This document shows, piece after piece, positions 1-12,693 of a stretch of DNA of 64,000 bases (positions are counted from its first letter, which is position 1; each line of letters starts with the position of its first letter). This stretch comes from Camelus ferus. Lineage: Eukaryota. A model generated the notes under the pieces. The model was not told where the DNA came from. It made no database searches and worked only from the letters and a program-made list of their open reading frames with translations. The DNA lies in assembly GCF_009834535.1 (NCBI RefSeq), contig NC_045696.1, positions 64,234,001-64,298,000 of the forward strand, in the 5' to 3' direction. The position numbers and the translations under genes are program-made.

Positions 1-984
1 CAGTCATTTTCAAAACACTATGAAGCTCCAGAGTGTGCTTGGCATCGGGGTTACAAAGGTGGGTAAGATGTGGTCACCACTCTCAAGTAGCTCAGGTGCT
101 GAGAGGGAAGAGCATCACACAAGCAGATGATCCCAAGGCAGTGTGGCCAGTGCCTTCCAGGCCAAGGGCTGGAGAGGAGACCTCCCAGATGAGGGTGGTG
201 GCAGCAGTGAGGGGAAGGGCCAGGTTCCCCATTATGATCTGACCCACGGCCGTATCCTACAGACTTCTCCAAACAACCCTTGCACCCAGGGTACCTATTT
301 CACAACCCTGAGAAAGGCTGTCTCCACTTAGGGAAAAAAAAAAAAACCAAACATAGTGTTACTTTGAAATAACCCACATCAGAATAGGGATGAGAATCAA
401 AGGTGAGCATTTAGACACTGCCGGGGGTCTGTGGTTTTAGTCCCAAAGGCAGCTCCTCCCTTACAGAGTCATCGTACACATTCTCTACCCTTTAGGGTCA
501 AAAAGGGGGCTGCACAACTATTCTTCTGCTGTGGATGCGGCCATGGGAACTTGTAGCTCTTATGTCTATTAAATAAGTGTATCTGGTGGTCAAGGCATAG
601 CCTTTAATCCTTACAAAGAGGTTGGTTGGGTGGGTTCAACTCTCATCAAGTCATTAGATTTAGGGCTGGGAACATAGGTTCAAAATTTTTTCACTGAGTT
701 TCTATCAAAATAAACTTGAGCCTCTGGCCCCCTTTTGTTTCTTTTACTCATGTGTCAATTTTACTGAAAGAATGAACTCTAAGTAGATTTTGCTTTAGGA
801 AAATTAGGATTAATAATATTATTAGCTGAATGATTTAATCTTTTTCTATTTGAAAAGGTAAAAATGAAGAGAGAGACACAGAGGCCCCAGAGCAGTCCTG
901 TCTCATGGCTGTGACCCAGGGTGCATTTGCTCCACGTCTGTCATCAGGCTGGGGAGGGGCACAGGCCAAGAGGCAGTCAGTTCT

Positions 985-1150
985 CCACCGAATCCTGGCT
1001 CTGCCATTTACTTATTGGCATTTATTTATTGAGTCCTTAGGCAAGGTACTGGCCTTCTCATCTGTCAAGTGGAAAAAAATCATGCCTATTCGCCATGCCC
1101 AGAGAGTTGTTACAAATATATCAATTAGATAAGATCATTAATATGTGAGT
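985..1150 (+). mobile_element. MIR SINE remnant
   Basis: aatcctggctctgccatttac...ggcaag...ctcatctgt core resembles the MIR consensus. Confidence 0.55.
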
Positions 1151-1203
1151 TTTTTCAAGTTTAAAGTATGCAAATTATAAAAGTGGTATTTCTCTCTCTG
1201 CAG

Positions 1204-1284
1204 CTCATCCCAACCATCACATCATGGAGGGTTTCGATTTTGGTGGCAGCCCTCACCCTGTTCTGTGTGGCCTTCTTTGTAGAG
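1204..1284 (+). CDS. ATP13A5: ATP13A5 penultimate coding exon (last transmembrane segment)
   Basis: Pyrimidine tract and CAG acceptor (1201-1203), GTAAAG donor at 1285. 81 nt, phase 0, encoding LIPTITSWRVSILVAALTLFCVAFFVE, which matches my recollection of mammalian ATP13A5. Confidence 0.93.
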
Positions 1285-2741
1285 GTAAAGTAACTTCCGT
1301 ACGCTTCTTACAATTTTCTGGGGAGATAAATAAAGGGGCTCATTCTCAACAGGTGAACATTTTTTAGAACAACCATGTTTGTCCCCCCAAAATTATAGTT
1401 ATTAAGGGTTTGTAAAAACTGTACACATTCTCTTTGGGGGAAATGAGAATGACTTAAAATTCTTTAAAGGCTGCATTGAAATGCTCTCAGGATCTGTGGC
1501 GTAGAAAGCAAAACATCAAATTAACTCTAATTGCGACTCATATGAAAGCCATGTGTTGTATCTCCCTAGTATTCTCAATAATCAGGCAGAGGCTAGACCA
1601 GGTGACCTTCCAGCTCTAAAATTCAACGAGACCTTTTAGAGTGAAGGACTGTCTTCAGGAGAGCTTCCTTAATTAAGAGAGAAGGGAAGTCATTGCTCAT
1701 TCTAGTCAATTCTCACCCTTGAAGGTCTTCCCCTATAGCATTTTTCTTTTACTCAGTGTCACTAAATGGCTTTTCCTACTCAGCGAAAGGCTGAGGTATC
1801 ATTTTTTAAAGGATAGTTTTAAAAAAAGATTCATGTACTGAAGTTCCTTGGGAAAAGAAATCAAATTAAGAAAAAAATATGTATATATACAAATATCTCA
1901 TGTATCCAGTGTACATAAAACTTCTCCTACTTTTTAACTGAAAATTTCCATTTCTGAGACTATATTTTTAAAAATAACCCAAAAGGAGAGAAAAAAAATT
2001 TACATGGATGAAAGTATTCATCACATAGGGATGAGCAGAGTCAACAATGGTAAAATATTACACTCAACTTAAGTGATCAAAAGTTGAGATGCTGTTTAAA
2101 TAGTTCTACAATAATTTGAAGAAATGTTATAGTCATTAAAAGTGATTATGGAGAAGACAGTAGCTACAAATTTTATATGACAGAAAGTCTAGTATAAACA
2201 AAAGTGGAATGCAAGATTTGATTGATTCTATTATAAATGCATAAAATTGTATGTGCTTGTGAACACAGGAAAAAAGAGAATCCCCAAGATGGAATGCAAA
2301 ACCCACTTGATTTTTAGAGTTCATTTATTCATTCAACAAACCATTATTTGACACCCTCTCTGTGGCATATAGCAGGTAGCAGTGATTTTTTTTTCTTTTA
2401 TTGATTTTTGAATACATTATTTAGTTATCATTTCAATCTGGCAGTGAAATAATTCCGAGTGAATCACCAGCCAGGATTTAACTAGGAAATCTGTGGAAAT
2501 GAAAGGTTGTAAGCTTCCAGCAGATCTCTGTGAACACAAGCACACTCTCAAGGGGAAGAACCCAGAGCCCAGGGAGTTGCTAGGCTTCATGGGGACTGCA
2601 GGGAGGACAGTGGCCACAGGGCGGCAGTAATGGGCACACCTCAGAGGAAGGCCTGGGGGAACAGGGTGGCAGTGAGCAACCTGGCTGCAGTGGGAAGTAG
2701 AGGATGATTTAATTTTTTTTTTTCCCCATCTGATTTTCCAG

Positions 2742-3002
2742 GATGCCGTCCTTCAAAATCAAGAGCTCTGGCTATTGATCAAGAAAGAATTTGGAATCTA
2801 TTCTAAGAGTCAATATAGGAAGTGGCAAAGGAAACTGGCCGAAGATGCGACCTGGCCTCCCACAAACAGGACAGATTACTCAGGTGACAGCGAAAGTGGA
2901 TTCTACATCAACCAAGGCTACGAAAGCGCTGAACAGATTCCAAAAGGAAAGCTCGACCTGGGATGCCAAACCACAGAACAGCATTTCGAGACCAGATTGT
3001 AA
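2742..3002 (+). CDS. ATP13A5: ATP13A5 terminal coding exon (cytoplasmic C-tail)
   Basis: T-rich tract and TTCCAG acceptor ending at 2741. Reads DAVLQNQELWLLIKKEFGIYSKSQYRKWQRKLAEDATWPP...QHFETRL then TAA, in frame with the upstream exon. The SKSQY...LAED.TWPP motif is typical of ATP13A3/4/5 tails. Confidence 0.95.
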   Translation, partial: DAVLQNQELWLLIKKEFGIYSKSQYRKWQRKLAEDATWPPTNRTDYSGDSESGFYINQGYESAEQIPKGKLDLGCQTTEQHFETRL

Positions 3003-3384
3003 TCAGAATCGTTGCACATTCGTAACAGCACCAGCCCCCCTTTTCCAAGAAACTAAAGCATTGTAGGGAGTTGAGGAGAGTCTGCCCTTATCTTTTTGTT
3101 TTCCATCTGAAGATTCAAAGAGCATTTCTCAGTGTATTGAGCCTTGCAACAAAAGACCTTAAATATGCTTATTTTGACTGTATTATCCAATGGTAGAAAA
3201 AAATGCATTTCCTAGAATATCTTTTTTTTTAACAAACTTTATTCACAATGCATAGCATTGTCCTGGTTAAAGTGCACAATTTTTCATGGTAGTGAAATTA
3301 ATAGTATGAACATTGATAGAAGAAAGAAAAATTGAAGAAGACTTTGAAAATTTCACCAATGTAATTTTTATTTTCATCTACAGA

Positions 3385-3424
3385 AATAAAGGAATTTGGG
3401 GGAAAAAATCCTTCTCTCAATAAA
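3385..3424 (+). terminator. Candidate ATP13A5 polyadenylation signals
   Basis: AATAAA at 3385-3390 and 3419-3424, with another at 3735-3740, in the AT-rich 3' UTR downstream of the stop. Confidence 0.5.
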
Positions 3425-5493
3425 CTGTCACAATTTTATATTTGCTTGCAAAGAATATTTATGTATATACCTTGGCCCAAGGTCATAAAATTCCTCTTTT
3501 TGTTCCTTTTGTATGGTTTTAATAGAGAAACAAGAATAGAAAATTACTTCAGAAAATTCAGTTCTAACTGTAGCAAATGTGGAAGGGGAGAGTGATGGCA
3601 GTTTCTGTTTATTGCCTGTAATCTTGGCTTGAGTACAGCGAACGTCTAAGCAAACTCCACCAAAGAATGCATCTCCCAAATATTGTTTTGTGGCCAGTGA
3701 GCTAGAAAGTCCAGAATAGATCAAAAGGTAATGAAATAAACTATTAAAATGTGCTTTTCACTCAAAGAAGCATGACAGGTGAAAACCTCTAAAAGTTGGC
3801 CTATATTCAGCATTGCTCATCTTAAAAAAGAACTACTAGGGAAGGGGCCCAGAATGTTGTGTATCTACCACATGACAATTCTCAGGATGCCAAACAACCT
3901 AATGTTCCGTTTCATCGTTTAAAAACCTAACTCAATTATTAGATGAACATTAATGACCACAAGAAAGGGTACATCCTTTACAAATATATTCTGCACATTA
4001 TTACCTTTAACATATATCCACCTCACTGTGACTTTGAGAGGATATTTATTCCTAGTGAACATTTAAATTACCTACTAGGCTTTCCTTGTAACCATAAATC
4101 TAATTTTGCTAATTAAACAGATCTTTAATGGGTCATAGGCAATTAGTTAACCAGTCCCATTCCATGAGTGCCAATTACGTGCCTAATAATGTGATGTATG
4201 GATTCAACAATGTCCTTACAATTCTGACATCTTTAGGATTGAAAAAATGTTTGCAACGTTTCAGCAATTCGTTGCTGTAAATAACCCTATACACTTTGTT
4301 ACACAAACCAGCAGCATAAATGCAAATTCCTATGAAAACAAATATTTAATATTTACATTTTATTCACCTTTTCTTGGAGGCACAGCTCTTGGAAAGTGAT
4401 CATTTTAAAATATGTCTAATATAGTGGGTACCAATGAAAGGTCAAAAGATCAAAAAGATTTTTACCTTATGATTAAGAAATGTGTGTCAACCTAAAACAC
4501 ACGGAAGCTCAGTTTTCCTTGAGCTGACGTGTCTGAATTTAGTAATTTGACCTTTAGAATGAGAAGACTCAATTGATAACACTATGACATTTAAATAGCA
4601 TGAAAAGATTTTTTTAAAAATCTTTATTCAATCAATGTACAGCCTCCCCGATGCAGTTTTTTTCAATAACCTACTAAGGATCTGATGGGTGATGATCTTT
4701 ATTTCACACATCTTTTTTGGAAGGTGGAGGCAGGACATAATCAAGTTGAATTCTACACTAGACTTTGCTAAAAATACTCAGAGAAAGGTTTGCTAGTCTC
4801 AGAAAAAAATGTTTGATAAAAGCACAAGAAACATGGCCACATATCAAATGATCACCTATAGGAGAAACCAACTGGACAGCCTTCAGCTGCCCGTCACCAA
4901 GGGTGGCCATTTTGGGGAAAAATTGATGGCTCACTTTGTGAGCTCTAAGGCTGAAAACCACTAGGACCTTGAACACTACGTGTGTGAAAAGTGAATTTAA
5001 TGTATAAGTGCATGTGTGACCATTATCCAGTATTGCCAGGACCGTCTTCTGGAGTGGAGATGTCCAGAGTTTGACTGGAGGATCCTCAGGATGTCCTCTG
5101 GGTCGTCAATTCTGTTCCCTCTCCCAGCAGCCAGTGTGGTAATTCTGCCACACCCAAGTCTCCTGTTTAGGGTGAAGATTTGCCCTCTGCAGTCATCTTT
5201 ATTAAAAAGCAAGCACACCTTAGGAGACGTAACACGTCAAGCTGTTTCCAACCCCACCCTGATTTGACAATACTGGAAAAGAGCTTTTTTTTTTTTTTTA
5301 AACTATTGCTGAGAGTAGGACATAAAAGGAACTGAAACTAGAAACTGAATTTAGAATAAAAATGAAAGGGTAATCTGGGATCATGCTACCAAGTAGGAGG
5401 CATTCACATCTCCCAGAGGAGCAGTGGAGGAAGAGAGAGTTTCAGGGGTTATATGGAAACAGAATTGGTGTCATAAGAAAGGGAAAGGGTTAA

Positions 5494-5607
5494 AATGTGA
5501 CAATGAATATATATATGTTCATGTATAACTGAAAAATTGTGCTCTACACTGGAATTTGACACAACATTGTAAAATGATTATAAATCAATAAAAAATGTTT
5601 AAAAAAA
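5494..5607 (+). mobile_element. Short 5'-truncated young L1 3' end (camelid-type) with TSD
   Basis: L1 terminus (...gacacaacattgtaaaatgattataaatcaataaaaa plus poly-A) flanked by aaagggaaagggttaa (5478-5493) and aaagggaagggttaa (5608-5622). Confidence 0.85.
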
Positions 5608-6748
5608 AAAGGGAAGGGTTAATCAGGGAACAGGAAGAGACGGGGTCTCTACTGGCCCTGATTGTAGCACATGACCCCTTCTGTTATGATTATTCTTAAT
5701 CCTGCAATTAGATTGTAAAGTATTTCTGGCCCTGGAGTAAAAGCTAACTCAGTTCAATAAATGCAAGACTTGCCCTGAGTCCTCTATTTAGTGACTTTAT
5801 CCACCATATTCCTAGTTCCCTCATTGCACCCCCATCCCCTGTTACTTACTTGAACTTTTCCTTTATTCAATGCCATGCTTTTAATGACAGCACAAGAAGG
5901 ATGTCATTGGCTGGAAGAGTGGTTTTCAGCAGAACGTTATTAATGTCTGATTTAATTCCGGAGTACAGAGACCTGCATCCACTTTTCCCCACCTGCTGCC
6001 AACAAGAATTCCACTGGACAGGTATGAAAAAGTAGTTTGTTTCATTCAACACGTAATCAACAAAACGCAAGAATAAAATCCTGACACTCCTTGACTTAGA
6101 GTAAAAGCCTTCAAAAGTAACACGGGATGTTGTTTTCTAAATACGGCACCTCAAACCTACATTGAATGATCTCCTGCTAAGGTTAAAAGGGTCAAACTTG
6201 AAATACTTCAAAATCCAGAGGGAACAAAGGCGTCTGCAGAAGCCACAGCCCACTCTTACTTGTCACATCCTCCGGACAGATGAGCGGCTTCCAGGGAAAT
6301 CACTGGATCTGAAACACTGGAGCAAGCCCCTTTTCTCCCATTCACGCCCGCCACCAGCTACACAGGAGCCAGGAGGTGGGCGTGCACCCTCAGATGGCTT
6401 ATGGATCAATGTTCCTCAAGCTGCCTGATGAAATGCTGAACTTCCCAGTTTCTTTTCTCACCAGAAAAGGACTATGAATTTTGATATCAACCCAAACAAT
6501 TTGAGGTTCTTAAACTTTCTTTCAAAATCACATATAAAAGGTTCTTCATCCCTCCAGCAAATATAAAATAGTCACCCTCAGGGGAAAGGACAACAGTATT
6601 TACAGAAGATAAACTATGATGTGACTTTAAAATCCTCTGCTGGCTCACTCCAGCGGCTCCTGCTTCTTGGTTCAGCTGCCACAGCAGATCTATGTTAAGA
6701 GGGAGAAAAATGTCGGTGGCTCAGTGATGAGATAATACCAGTAAGCAA

Positions 6749-6754
6749 TTTATT
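6749..6754 (-). terminator. Candidate PLAAT1 polyadenylation signal
   Basis: First minus-strand AATAAA after the stop codon, about 125 nt downstream. Confidence 0.55.
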
Positions 6755-6879
6755 AAAGAGCCTGCCATCCATCACTGGAATTTGAAACAATAATGATGCA
6801 TTGAAAATAAGTATTCATCCCAGGTTTGTTTTTTTTTTTCCCTCGCAAATTCCTTCGGCTCCAATATCTCTTCGGTAAA

Positions 6880-6981
6880 TTAATAGTATTTTGCTCTTAG
6901 TTTTTTTGGAAACAAGCCCAGGAATGAGAAGGCACCAGCAGCAGCCGTCACAAACCCAATGATACTTATTGCTCGGTTGGC
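6880..6981 (-). CDS. PLAAT1: PLAAT1 last coding exon (hydrophobic membrane anchor and basic tail)
   Basis: Minus-strand acceptor ...tttccctatag, then ANRAISIIGFVTAAAGAFSFLGLFPKKLRAKYY and TAA. Phase 0, matches the PLAAT1 C-terminus. Confidence 0.95.
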   Translation of the reverse strand, partial: ANRAISIIGFVTAAAGAFSFLGLFPKKLRAKYY

Positions 6982-7454
6982 CTATAGGGAAACAGGAAAC
7001 AAACAAAAACCACATCTTACTCTAAAGGCATCTGAGTGTCCTAAACCCCAGCTTTTGCTTGTTTCCTAAACCAAAGACCCATTTTAATGTATAATAGATG
7101 AATTTAAGCTCAATGCAAAATTAAAATTCCTGGGAGGATGAAATGAATTTATAATTATTATGATTATGACAAAGATAAAAATACACATAAGTATATATTC
7201 TTCGTATCTTTATAGCCCCTGACAGTTTATAAATTCATTAAGCCACGATTCCTACTAATCATCATAGTCCATTGGGAGGTAGCATTACTCCTGTTTTGTA
7301 CAACTGAGAAGTTAAGAGTGATTTGCCCGAGGGAGGTTGTATTACCAAGATGTTTAGGTATAGTTTAGTCTTGAACCATGTTCTCCTCCTACACAACTTC
7401 TATCCTCTAAACACACATTGGTTTGGTTCAGTCTATACCAGGGTGAATATCTTG

Positions 7455-7508
7455 TGTGTGCGTGTGTGGGTGGGTGTGTGTGTGCACACATGTGCACGCA
7501 TGTGTGTG
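7455..7508. repeat. Imperfect (TG)n simple repeat
   Basis: TG/CG-alternating tract seen directly. Confidence 0.75.
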
Positions 7509-9344
7509 TTCCCTGACTTAATGTCTATTAGAAAAATAATCAGGGGTGTGATCTGAGCTAAATACCTATAGACTCTTATTTGGTAGATACACTTTTTATT
7601 CTGATAAACTTCAAGAGAAGTCAATACTGGTGTTAACTATTGTATCAAAATTAATTTGTCATGTAGACAGACTAAAATAAACCCCTCGCAAGCTCAACTG
7701 TTCATAAAGGAGTTCAGGCATTTACAGCTTTAAGGATATTAATCATCATCATGATGAGGGATCTGATGAATATTCATGATTTCATGGCACTCAACTCATA
7801 TTGCCTTCCATCTGCATGGGTCTGAGTGCAATTTTATGACCCCAAGGTCACATTCTGATACTTCAGAGTCATCAGGTATTCTGAAAACAACAGTTGCTCT
7901 CTGGGATTTCAGAATCAGGCTTTCAAATAAAGCAAAACAGTTTTCCTAAATGACTCTGGGGACCAGCCCAAATGCTGGGAAGCCTGACCCAGCCCACACT
8001 GGAGCACACCCTCCCTCTAACCCTCAGCCCTCCACCACTGAGCCTGCTGCCCCCACATGCCACATAGTGCTCCCTCCCCAACTGCAGCTTCCCCGTGGGG
8101 AACAGCAAAAATGACAGAAGCACCATGGCAAGAGTATTCCTTTCATTACACATCCTGCTGTCTGTAGGAACAAGGTCTGTAATTGTTACCCCCCACTCTG
8201 CCACCACCCCTGTTGCCAGGGAGGATGATGCTGGCAAACAACTGAAAAATCCTACCTTAGGTTACAATTCCGATTTCCCTTATTTGGTTGGTTGATTATT
8301 CCTTTTATTGTAATTTTTAATTAGTTGCACCCTAAACTGTTTTCCAGGAGAGAGTCAGAATTCACTACAGCACAGAGTTACCCCCAGATCACAGGGGGAG
8401 CAAAAAGAGACTGGGAGATAAAAAGATACTGGATAAAATTCCAAAGCGGGACGGAATCAATAATCAGGGATCAAGAATTAGAGACCAAGCCCAACCCTCA
8501 TGCAATCCCAGGAGGATGCTGAGGTCCCAGGCGGTCTGATACAGGAAAACGTGGCAGGCGATGAAAAAAACAGAAATGTGTGACTCGTATCTTTAAACAG
8601 AGGTGTCACATGGCAGCAGGGGACAGCCCTGGGAAAGGCAGGATCCTGTGGGTGGGGTGGCCCCAGTTAGATGCAGACTTAGCCCCCTGGGTATCTTTCA
8701 GCCACTAGAAACGTAACACGTGAGATAAATCCCATAAATCTAAGAGGACAGACAACTTGATTCTAAATCAGAATTCCCTGAGATAGTACAGGCCAGATGC
8801 AATTATAATAAAGCCATTTCCAGCATGCAGTTTCCCAAATCTTCAGCATTTTTTTTATATCAAGTTGTATTCTAAAGGGAAAAAAAAAATCCCATGCAAT
8901 TTGGACAGTTCCTTAGAGTTATGTGTAAGGGATCTGACCTGCAAGATTATAACATCCCAGGACGTTTGTGGTGAACCGGTCTGCATGAGATCTTTTACTT
9001 CATGGCTTACATAAGATTATAAGATCACCAAATCCTATTCTGCACGTTTCTTCCTCTACAGGGCTTTCTGTGTGTGGGCTGTAATACAGACCTCATTCTG
9101 AGGATCCATACATGCCCAGTGAAAACGTTAGTTAACTGAAGCAGCCGGGTCCAGGTATCAGTGCAGCTGGTCAAAGATGACTATAGGGTTTATCAAAATG
9201 CCTTGGCCCCCAACACTCTAAGGCTGCAGTCCTATGCAATGAAAGACAGTCAGCTTTGTCCAGGCCCACTCGAGGGTGCTGCCAACTTCCACAAAGATAC
9301 ACACATTTTAATAACCTGTTAAGACTTTAACAGTGAGAAACACT

Positions 9345-10266
9345 GACTTGAGAAATTTTTTATAATACAGAAAAGACAAGCCACAGGCTGGGAGAATACA
9401 TTTGCAGAAGACATATTTGATAAAAGACTGTTATCCAAAACATGTGAAGAACTCTTAAAACTCAACAACATGAAAACAGGCAAGCAATACAATTAAAATT
9501 GGGCAAAAGATCTCAAGAGACACATCACTGCATATAATATGCAGCCAGCAAATGAAAAGATGTTCAACATGATATATATTTAAGGAACTGCAAATTACAA
9601 CAATGGAATACCACTATTTACCTATCAGAATGGCTAACCTCCAAAACACCAAATCCTGCAGAAGATGTGGAGCAACAGGAACTCTCATTCATTGTTGGTG
9701 AGGATGTGAAATGGTACAATTACTTACAAGACAATTTAGCAGTTTCTTACAAAACTAAACATACTCTTATCATATGATCCAGCAATCATACTCTGTGGTA
9801 TTTATCCAAATGAGTCAAAAACTTACATCCACAAAAAAGCCTACACACAAATGTTTCCAGCAGCTTTATTCATAATTAACCAAAACTTGGAAGCAACTAA
9901 GATGTCCTTCAGTAGATGAGTAAATAAATAAACTATGGCGCATCCAAGACAATGGAATATTATTCATTGATAAAAAGAAATGAGCTATCAAATCATGAAA
10001 AGACATGGAGGAATTTTAAGTGCATATTGCTTAGTATGATGTCAACTATATGACATTCTTGGAAAGGTAAACTACAGGGCAGTAAAAAAAAAAATCAGTG
10101 TTTGCCAGATGTTTAGGGGAAGGGAGAAATGATAGGCAAAATATAGAGGACTTTTAGGGCCAGGAAATTATTCTGTACGATACTGTAATGATGGATACAT
10201 GTCATTATGTATTTGTCAAAACGCACAGAATGTACAACACAAAAAGTGAATCCTAATGTTAACTAT
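9345..10266 (+). mobile_element. Old L1 (L1MC/L1MB-like) ORF2 end and 3' UTR
   Basis: Typical L1 phrases: aaaagacaagccacaggctgggag, gatgtggagcaacaggaactctcattc, atatgatccagcaatc, aaacttggaagcaac. Confidence 0.85.
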
Positions 10267-10835
10267 TTTAGAGGAGGAAATTTTTTTCTTTACCCATTTA
10301 AGTTCTAGGCTGAAGCTCTACAATATGAAACATTAACAAGAGGAAAATAAACAGAAGTTTATTACCATGTACATCTATATACACATGGGAGAAATTTAGG
10401 GAAGAGTAACTCAAAGAGGTGGCTTAGAATTCAGGCTTACATAGCATCTTCAACAAAAAGCAATAAATTTGTAGAGAAATGACAGGACAAAGGAAAGTGG
10501 TTCACCTTCCAAGGGCTGCAAACTGTGGGAAGGTAAACAGACAGGCAACTAGTGGTGGACAGAGGCTAGTTAGTGTTTTGTCGTGTGGATTCCTCTGGTG
10601 CCCTCTCTAGGCTGACACAGGTCTTACATTAACGACTGATTGTCCCTGATGGTTCACTTCTGTCCTTTCTGGTAGTGAGAGGAGGAGGGACATCTTTGAA
10701 AACTTATGTCCTGATTTTAGGCAACTAGGGGGAGGGCAAGGAGCTTTTTTTTGTATCTGCTTCTTTTCAATTGCCTCTCAATTGCTCAAAATAATCCTTA
10801 TGCCAAAGTGATGAATTTGGGGGTGGCATATTCTA
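10267..10835 (-). mobile_element. ERV1-class solo LTR (MER34-like)
   Basis: Minus strand begins agaatatgccacccccaaa...tttggcataaggattattttgagc, recalled as an ERV1 LTR 5' end. Minus-strand AATAAA at 10358-10363. Confidence 0.65.
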
Positions 10836-12693
10836 AAAAATAAAATCTACTCATTTCTTTAAAAATACAGAAAAGTACAAAGAAGAAAAAGATGGAGCCA
10901 TAATACTTCCACCTTTCTAACTTTCCCATGCATTTATAGTTTTTTAAGTTGGGGAAATACATAGCCATTCTCCAAGGAAACTGTTCCATGCTCAAGACCC
11001 CTAAGACTTTAAAGGCATCCAAAAAATGAATCTAATACTAGCTATTATTAGTACTAACACTATCAATTATTGATAGTAATAAAAATAATAATTCAAAGGC
11101 TAAGTTTCTGTTAGATCACCAGCGATTCTCAACAAAGATCTATAAAATTGCTAGATACTGAAATTAAACATAGTATCTTTGAAAGCACACCTTTTGCCGG
11201 CATGGAGAATATGTAATACAGTATGCTAAGAGACTTTTAAAATCTCCTGCAAGCTACAAAACCACCTCGGTTTATAGATTAGGAAACTGATAAACAACGT
11301 GCCCACAATGTGCCCAAAGTCATCCCCCTAAGGAGTGGTGACGATGGAATTCTAGCTCAGATTAGCAAATTCCAAAGCTTAGGTGTGCTCTTAAGTTTGT
11401 CACTGTACCATCTTCATCAGACACTGCTGGACACAGTTCTACTATTTGTTGAAAAGTGGTTAATTTCTCCTTGCTCTTGATCTGGATATGAAAGGTGAAA
11501 AGATGATAGATTACAAGTGAGAGTCAAAGCAAAAAGATGGCTCTAATTCTTTTTAATTTAGCTACATTTTAAAAATTGCTGATTGAGTGTGGTGGACAAC
11601 TTTATCAGTAACAAAGGAGAGGGACACAGTCTATTTCCCAGCTACACCACTAGTTTTCAATGCAAAGGTGAGCAGAAATTTGTGTGTATGTCCTCTTTAT
11701 TTTGGCTTAGAAGCAAGTTATGGTGAATAGAATGTGAACAGAACATTCATTATGGTAATGTATTTCCTAATAAAAATGAATTTCCAATTAAATTATTTCT
11801 TAATAAAAACAAATGTGTCCTTTCACTATGTTCCGTCTCCCATTTCCCCAAGCTTTCGTGAGAAGAATTGTAACTTCATTCCTTAGCATAGACATTTATA
11901 TAACAGATCCACCAGTTCACGATACTGGAAGCCTTCATATATTCGTTGTCTTATACCACTTTAATAAATCCTTAGGTGAAACCATCAATGATGGAATTGG
12001 ATTGGTGGGAAGATAGGGAAAGGACAACTGAATCCAGCTGCTTTCAGTGAGGAATCTGCCATGCTACAAATAGTGATGGTAAATAACAAAACTGTAAGTT
12101 ACTTTACAAATAAAGTCAACTAATCCACTAAAAATCATCCAAAAGCTCTATAACAAATCAAAGGATCTGTTTAAAAGCACAACATTTCTTTGAAACCAGC
12201 ATGGCAGGGAAACAGAAGACATCTACAAACCCACCAAAATATGGCATCATTATCTCAGCTTCTATCAGCTAATGGAAAAGAATCTCAGTAATACCATCTA
12301 ATTCTTGGCATGTGAACTCCCAATCAAAACAGTCAGTATTCTTTTCCAGCATATTCTTTTCAGTTTATGGAGTTACTGATTTGATTGCTGTATGGTGGAG
12401 TGACAGGAAAACAATGGAAGGACAGGGAGCAATAAGATGGAGAGAAAGCGATGGTCTGGATTCTGCTTCAGGTCCCTTCTAGCCCCAAATTCATGCTATG
12501 AATGTTCTAATCTCAGTTGGGTCATTAACTTGCTGAATGCCCTTGGAGCCCCCTCGATTCCCTTCTTTGTCCTTCAGTGTTCTCATATTTTCTTATTCTT
12601 TTCAATTTGTTTGAGACCTAAGAACTTTATCATAGTCAGCAGTTTTTTTTTCCCCACTGTAAGAAACTTCTATTTCTCCCAAAGAAAACTCAC

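Noticed and set aside
2791..3066. 91-aa ORF overlapping the ATP13A5 last exon in another frame
   Set aside because: It is an alternative frame of a real exon, with no separate start context or recognisable homology.
6815..7015. 66-aa minus ORF over the PLAAT1 last exon
   Set aside because: Wrong frame. The true coding frame is 6981-6880.
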